Part shown: in pieces, positions 56,362 through 64,000 of the stretch | How positions within the stretch are numbered: position 1 is the stretch's first letter | Layout: each line of letters begins with the position of its first letter | NCBI RefSeq assembly: GCF_009914755.1 | Contig: NC_060925.1 | Direction: 5' to 3' (one strand) | Origin: the human T2T-CHM13v2.0 reference genome, Homo sapiens | Length of the DNA stretch: 64,000 nt | The notes under the pieces: generated by a model | The model's database searches: none | What the model was told of the DNA's origin: nothing | The model's input: the letters and a program-made list of their open reading frames with translations, nothing else | Position numbers and translations under genes: made by a program

Positions 56362-59104
56362 TGAATTCTCCATTTTCTGATGTTATATTCCCTAGTGTCC
56401 CAGATATCATCGGCTTTTAGTTATAATATTGTCCTAGCAGTGTTAATGCTGGGACTGCCAGGCATTAATGCCACACCTGAACCTCTTGCTAAGCCCCTTT
56501 CCCCAGGAATTTCTGTAACTTCTCCAGTGACCTTTTACACCTACCCTTGAAAGTCCTGCTTGCATCTCTCTGTGGCTTCTGTTGCTGTGGGAGCCAGCTG
56601 GCCTCATTGCTAGTGGAATCTCTATTCCTCCATATTCTGCGAGGTATGTGTCAAACTGAGTGCTGGTTTTCTCCTGCTTGAATCCATCACATGGTGTAGA
56701 CCCTTGGCAACTGACGTGGACTCCTGATGCTCTTTGGATATAAGAAAGAGAATGTGCACATCTTCTAGTTGTTAGGAATTGGGAGGGTCCCACAAGAGAA
56801 TTGCTTGGGTCCTGACATGTTAAAGAGAGGATCATTTTTCAATAAATTCCATAGTCCCTTTTCTCCTAGCCTCATGCGTCTATATCAGGGCAGCTGAGTT
56901 AAGGCAATTTCCAAACAGCTTTGTCATAAAGAATGTAGAAACTGTGACTCCCCTACCACTTTGAGACCCTGTTGCTGAGTCTATTCATCATAACGGAGTT
57001 CTTTTTAAAAATGTCAGATTCTGTCCCATGGCCCTACAATCTCTCACTCCAACCTGACTTCAGTGACAGCCTCTTCCACCAAGTCCCTAAAGCAAAGGGG
57101 GTCCTTTAGCAATTTCTGCATATATCTCGGTGCCAAGTGTGGATCCTGTGTAAGTTTTTTCTTCTTTCTCTCAATTTTTCTGACTCCACCCCACCCTCAG
57201 CCTCACTGGCACTGTTGTGGATCAGGGGATAGAAGTAGATGCTTAGTGGGAGGGGTGTTGCCACCTCCATCATAAAGGAACACCTGCCAACATCTCATTA
57301 TGCTTCTGTTCCATCAGATCAGACAATAGAATCTCATCTAGGCACAAGCTGAGGCAAAAATTCATATTATGAGCATAGGGACCTTCACAAAGAATGGGTA
57401 GAACCTAGACCTAGGCACATTCCATTTCCTATCACTTTTGACTCAACTGGGTTAGACCCAAGTTACTCAGTCTGATGTAAACCACAGATTCCTTTCAGTC
57501 TTAGTTTTCATTGATCATACTTCCAGTCGGTCCCAGGTATCCCAGTAGGCCATAGTTATTAAAGAGCATACGGTTTTCAAGCATTTTTTTCTCACCAGTA
57601 CTTACAAATTTATCCCCCTCAAAACGTAAAAGGTAAAATTATGATAATAGTAAACCTAGAGAATGCACAATAGTAAAAAAAGAAAATCAATGATCTTATA
57701 ATCCACAGATTTCATGGAGTTGTTACTATTTCTATTTTGCTTTCCCCTCATGCCTCTGTGATTTCTTAAAAATTGAATTGGGATCATATGTAATTTCATA
57801 CTTTCCTCTAAAAATATTGTGTCATAAAACCAGAGATTTAAGATTCTATTATTAATTTGATTGAAGAAGTAAAAAGACAAAATAAAATTGTATTACAGCT
57901 AATATAAAACGTCTCCATTACTGATTTTTCTTTGAAGCAATCCTAGAAGCTTCTTTCAGAGGCTGACCCTTTCCTCATCTACAACTTCATCTACCACTAC
58001 AAGAAAAAGAAAAAACAATGAAATAAAAAAATGTGAGGTGACATTTTCAATTTCTGTCCTGCCTCAATGTAACGGAAACCCTTTGCCTTCACTTCCCTTG
58101 AGTAAGTGGCCAGTTGCTATGATTGGTAGGTTCCATTGTGACCCTGAGATGCTGGGAAAGGGACAAATCATAAATGCTACTCAATAATTCTGATTTTAGA
58201 GAGATTTTTATCTCCACCCAGGAGATGCCTGCAAAATGATTCATTGGTGCTTTGAACAGGGTTGGCCAACCCTTATTTCAAGAGAATTGAGAAAAGGGGA
58301 TTTATGATGACACAGTCTGCCTGTTTTCCAGGCTGATGTTTGCAATTTGTTTTTGAGAGCAGGTCAGTTCTGCTGCTATTTCATTCTCCTGGCAGGCCTT
58401 TACCTTCCACATGGCAGGGTCCCTTCATGTAGGAAATTAGCTAACAAACTTGAGATTGACAAGAAAGACAGGCACATAAATTTGTTGTAATAAAGAATGC
58501 ATTAAGGCAAACTTTCTTCAAAAACAAAAAATACGCACTTATTTTTGACTATGTATGATTATATACCCAATGACAATGGGTTATATGAATAAAGGGCTCA
58601 TACATGCTGATTTCTAGAATGCCTGCTGTCCCACTATCGTTTTTCATTTTACCCGCTCTAACACCCCCTCTTTCATGCTTAGATTGGGAACAGAAATGTA
58701 AAAAGCATGACAGGAAAAATTGTTCATCTGGTTCAGGAGGAGCTGAGGCAAATGGTAAGTTAACAATCTGACAGGTGAAGCTGCTGCTCTTCTGAAATTT
58801 ACTGTCCAATTTTGCAGCTCAAATTGGATTGGGTAAAGTTGTATCCAGTGCACGTTTACAAAAGGAAAGTATTCAGGCTGATCTTGCTCTGTGACTTGAA
58901 GCCTACTGCCCTGCCCTCTCTTGCAAGGTAAACTATGCAGCTAAGTCACATGCATAGCAGTACTGATAATGGACCATAGAGCTAAGGGCCTCTCTTATTC
59001 CTTTCACAAGTCAGCACACACAGCTGGTGAATTTGCCTATTTTTGAGATCGTCAGAGAGTCATATATAGCAAATATATATTTCAGTCAACAAGCAAAAGT
59101 GTGC

Positions 59105-59145
59105 AATAAATAAATAAATAAATAAATAAACATAAAAAAAAAGAA
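59105..59145. repeat. (AAAT)n / A-rich tract
   Basis: Read directly. Confidence 0.85.
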
Positions 59146-59615
59146 ACAAGTTTCTTTGTTTTCCAAATCTCTACTTAATGTTATTTTCAAGCCCATTTCA
59201 CTAAGATTGAACAATGTAGTCTCACTCAATTTGGAGTCTCCTCTTCCTCCTGCCATTCTAGCCCTAGACTTGAGTCTAAGTCTCAGGAGATGTGAGTAAA
59301 GCTGACACTTCCTGACAAGAGCTCATCCCGACCTTGGTGCACACAGGTACCCACTGTTCCACACGGGTCATCACTGGGACATCCCTAAGTCATGTCCACA
59401 TGACTCTTTCCTCTATTTCCAAGCTATGGAGTTATCCTGCTGCTTTTGTGCCCCATTAGGAGTTCCAGAATTTCTGGTAGGGGCTTAAAGCTCTAGCAGA
59501 AATTGCTATCCATCTGCATAGTATGTGGTCCTGGCCAGAAGAGCAATCCTCTTGCTCATCTCATTATCCAAGACCTAGTTCATGCCTCACATACTCCACG
59601 AGTCCTCTCCTTTTA

Positions 59616-60015
<400 letters not shown>

Positions 60016-60922
60016 CTAGCACTTGTTATGAAGGAACTGTCTTGTTGTTGAGCTTTCCATGAATGCTTGCAGGGCATTTTAGGGATGGGCTTCATCACCT
60101 TTACAGTCTAATGAGTATCCATATGCCTTCCTCCTATAAATTAGTACTCCATCTTGAAGCTGAAAAGTCCACATGCTCATGTAGAGAGGCAAAGAAAGGA
60201 ACCACAGGTAATGGGAGAAGAATGAAGGTTCATGTTATAGGTTATACAGATCATGCATCAACAAGTAAAAAAACATGCCACACATATATTTTATCTTCTG
60301 CACTACGTTAATAAGCTCAAAGGCAACGTCTCTGTTTTAACCATCTTTCGTTTATTTCAGCCCAATGACTCATTTGATGGATGATAGCTGTGCTGTATGC
60401 TGACCCAATTACAAGTGCAATGAAATCACAAGGAGGAAATTAAAAAATAAAAATTCCCACCAGAACATTTATTCTCAAGATAAATCAGGAAATGGTATCT
60501 ATGAATATGATTAATGGATAAGCCCAAAGACGATTCCTCTATCATCACTTTATTGGTAACTCACAGCAAGTTTGGTTCAATTCAGTCCAAGTTTGTTGAC
60601 TTTCTACATATTGCTGCTGTATGAGTCTCTGGTGATACAGAGAAGAGATAGACATGATTGTGGGGTTACAGTGCTTGGAATTTCTTAGCAGGTGGGCATG
60701 CTACATAGATATAAATATGAATACAGGTATTCAAGAAACTATTATTTTCTTAAATAAAATATTCATTTTTGAGGACAGTGCCCCAAGAGGTATTTTTGTT
60801 GGAGAAAAAAAAATATATATATATAAGGTATGGTGCTTTCAGGTGGGCTGGAAGTGGGCTGCAACTTCTCAAGCCAGGAAGCTCATCCAAAAACAAAACA
60901 GATGCTGTTTAGGGGTAGTTAA

Positions 60923-60978
60923 CTAAGGAGCAATTTTATGCTAAGGTGCAGTTTTATGCTAAGGAGCAATTTTATGCT
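60923..60978. repeat. 18-bp tandem repeat x3
   Basis: CTAAGGAGCAATTTTATG / CTAAGGTGCAGTTTTATG / CTAAGGAGCAATTTTATG. Confidence 0.9.
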
Positions 60979-61864
60979 GTATACAGACCTTTATTAAAAA
61001 TCCTAAGCTTTGCTCTTATTTGGGCAGGTCTTGAATTGGGTACACATACATGTGTATAATTATCTAAACCCAGACATTTTCAAAAGCAAAAAGGGGCACT
61101 ATTAATAATTATGCTGTGACGAAAGAAGGCATAAACCTGAAAGTATGGCTTTCCAAGTCTTGCAGAACTGACTGTCAGAGTTAATGAAAATAATATAAGG
61201 GCCAACTAAAACAAACAATGACACCTCTGAAACAAACCTCTCCTGAATGGAATATCACAGCTGCCGTAGAAGTAGTCATTTCCCATTTGTGGTAAGAATG
61301 AAGCAGTCTCCCCAGAATAATTCCACAAACATATTTGCTTCCTCCAGAATTCACTGTTTGCAAATTCCCTGACCTGGGGGTTTACTGTTCCCAGATCTGA
61401 AGTTATCACAATATTTACTTGGTCTTGGGCTGATAGGGAAAAAACTTTAGAAAGATGATGAATATTAGATACCAACGAAACAGTATTATTTGAGTGTGTT
61501 TCTTTGCATGAGGCATTGAATTTGTGAGTGATGCTGAGGTTTGAATGTATATTTATGTAACTTCACTGTAGGCTATTTTAATAGCATTACATGTTATTCC
61601 TTTTATAAAATAGTATATAATACTTCTTGTAGATCATTTTAAAAATACAAAAAAATACAGAAGAAAATAGAATCATATGTAAACCCTAGAGAGAGAACAT
61701 TTTGCTATCTTTCCATTGGTGTATTTCATGTAGTTGAGTTTATACTGTACATAGAGTTTTTTCTTCCCTTTCCATCTACTATTATACTATTTTAATGCAA
61801 TTATTATGCAGTATTCAATAATGATATCTAATATTTATGGATGCTAATATATATGATATAATTT

Positions 61865-62040
61865 AAACCATGTGACAGTCCTACAAGGTAGGCATGTTTG
61901 TGAACCCATTTTGCAGATGAAGAAACTGGGAAGTTTGGTGAGGGAATTTGTTCAAGGTTTCACTCACTTAAAACAGATCTTGGGATTGAACCAAGTCTAA
62001 ATCATACCAGAGTTCAGGTCCTTAACCAACAGGCTCTGCT
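61865..62040 (-). mobile_element. MIR
   Basis: cccattttgcagatgaagaaactg core. Confidence 0.7.
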
Positions 62041-62573
62041 GTATCAGTTAAGTTTTGGTTCTGAAAATGGAAGCCACTCTAAGTTTTTTTCACTATAAAG
62101 GAAGCTGACGTAGGGAATAAGGCTTATACAACCTTTATATATGCCTCCCATTGGAAGAAAACGATGATCAGGATGGCTCTAGATCTAGAAACACAAATAT
62201 TGCAGTGATATCACTACTACTGAGCTTAGCTGCTTGCAGCATCTGGGAGCTGCTGACAAAGCCCCACATCAGCCATTTGCTGATACCCAGACGCGTGCCT
62301 AGATCTTTACTGGAAGCAATGGCCCATCTTTTTCTTCTGCTTTGCAAACTTCACAAAGTGCCACCCCAATGATATTCAAACAGGCACTTGAGAAACGTGA
62401 TTTCCATGCTTTCAGGCCCTGTTTTACAAGGGGAAAGCTTAGAAGGACAGAAAGGATACTGAACATCCACAGATAATATCAGGCTCACAGGTTATGAGAC
62501 AAAGCATAATTTACCTGATTTTTTCTATCATTATGCATTTAGGTTGTTTCCTAGCTTGTGGCTACACACTTCA

Positions 62574-62715
62574 CTGGCTCATATGCCCACCTGCATATAT
62601 ATTTTAGCCACACACCCAATTTCAGCTCTCCCAGGGAGAACTGAATATGCAGGTGGGCATATGACCCAGGCAGAGCTGAAATTGGAGTGTGTGGTTAAGA
62701 TATATCCCAGGTGAG
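62574..62715. repeat. Interleaved inverted repeats
   Basis: 62574-62598 pairs with 62645-62669; 62597-62629 pairs with 62672-62705. Confidence 0.85.
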
Positions 62716-63761
62716 CTCACAAATGTTCTGCTCTTCCACTCCTGGCCCCCTGCTGATGCTTACTGTCCAAACAGCCGCTTGAGGGCAGCACCTCCCCACT
62801 ACTACAGATGCTGGCACCTGGCATGGTGATGCTGGCTTGCCTCCCTAGGCTAGGTCTCCTTATCTTCCCAAAGCTGCAGACCCTCAGGTTGCCAAGGCAC
62901 ATCATCCGTCTGTGCTGAACCCAACCAAGATTCTTCACCAAGTGAAGAATGCTCTGCACTAAGTCTTCTAACTTCTCCCCTGAGTACTAAACAGAGTTTT
63001 CAGGCCTCTGTGTCTCATTTATGGAAACAGCTTCTTTAGCGTCTGAGGGTGATTCTCTCTCCCTTGTGGCTAGACTGACCTATGGGCCTGGTCGGAGGCA
63101 GATGTCTCATTGTCTGCCATCTACTCCTCTCTATCGCTTGATGCCCAACCTCTGAGAAATTCTTTCCTTGATGAAAATCAACTCATGGGAAAGAAACTCC
63201 AGTTAACTGCCAGCTCTGACACTTCACAACACATGCATTTATTGTTTGAACCCTTAGGTTGAGAAACTTTCTGTATAATCTACTGCTACAATGAAAATTT
63301 TGGCCATCACTCTTTGTTCACATTCTCTCCTTAGAGAAGGCTGTGATACATATTGGCAAATTTCTTCCCGAAAGATCACACCAATTTATGCTTCCACCAT
63401 CCAGTGACAGTGCCTGTATTTGTACCCTGGTCACTGCACTCTCCACTGAATGGTATTTTATCAATCTATGGAGACATTATATTTATGTGTATGTGCATGC
63501 ATATATATATTTATATGTGTGTGCATGTATATGTATATAAGGGTGTGTGTTTCCCTCAGGATGTTCTGCTCACCATATTAAAATAAATCATGCCCAAATT
63601 CTCTCTGCTATATTCTTGAGACCCAAAGCACTGAGCCTTCCAAAAATGTGAGAACGGCAACAGCCCCAACATATCTGTTTAGTCCATTGTAACTGTGATC
63701 ATTGCAGCTGTTGATTGATTGAAAGGTATTCTTCCAGAGGTTGAAGGGGTGTATTGCTAAG

Positions 63762-64000
63762 GAGTAGGTTTAACTGCAAGTGACCAAAAAGCCAAAATAA
63801 GAGTGGCTTAAACTAGATAGGTTTTTTTTTTTCTCTGTCCTCTAGGGACAAAATCAGTAGTTAACAAGGCCAAGGCTGGTATGAGATCCCTGGAACCCAG
63901 GTTCTTTTCATTTTTAATTCTCAAATTTGCATCCACTTTCCATCCAGCAAGAAGAAGAAAAGGGAAGAAAAAGATGGGTTTCTTCCTTCAAAAGACATTT
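63762..64000 (-). mobile_element. MLT1-type MaLR LTR fragment
   Basis: aactgcaagtgaccaaaaagccaaaataagagtggcttaaac...ggaacccaggttctttt. Confidence 0.6.

Noticed and set aside
60923-60978. Short direct repeats as a CRISPR-like array
   Set aside because: No spacers, eukaryotic context, no cas genes

Overview
Primate (human-like) genomic DNA containing the lymphotactin locus. XCL2 is on the minus strand (coding exons 2996-3056, 1085-1199, 43-211; its 3' UTR runs off the window). XCL1 is on the plus strand (35730-35790, 39155-39269, 40144-40312). The genes point away from each other and sit in the two arms of an inverted segmental duplication (1-5648 vs 33135-40354) around a ~27.5 kb spacer. Both carry an antisense RPL7A processed pseudogene in intron 1; XCL2 lacks ~1.57 kb of that intron. 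The rest is mostly L1, L2, MIR, Alu, MaLR LTR and DNA-transposon debris plus some unique non-coding blocks. I see no convincing new gene or new biological system; nearly all other ORFs in the track are repeat-derived or spurious. The best leads are structural: (1) the duplication breakpoint is an L1MA/L1PA chimera that marks XCL2 as the likely derived copy; (2) 100%-identical tracts over upstream regulatory DNA lie next to ~5%-diverged DNA, suggesting gene conversion; (3) two L1 insertions have twin-priming geometry; (4) a 98-bp templated copy; (5) an interleaved double inverted repeat near 62.6 kb; (6) a MADE1 hairpin; (7) candidate lymphocyte enhancers. Repeat subfamily calls and edges were made by eye and are approximate.
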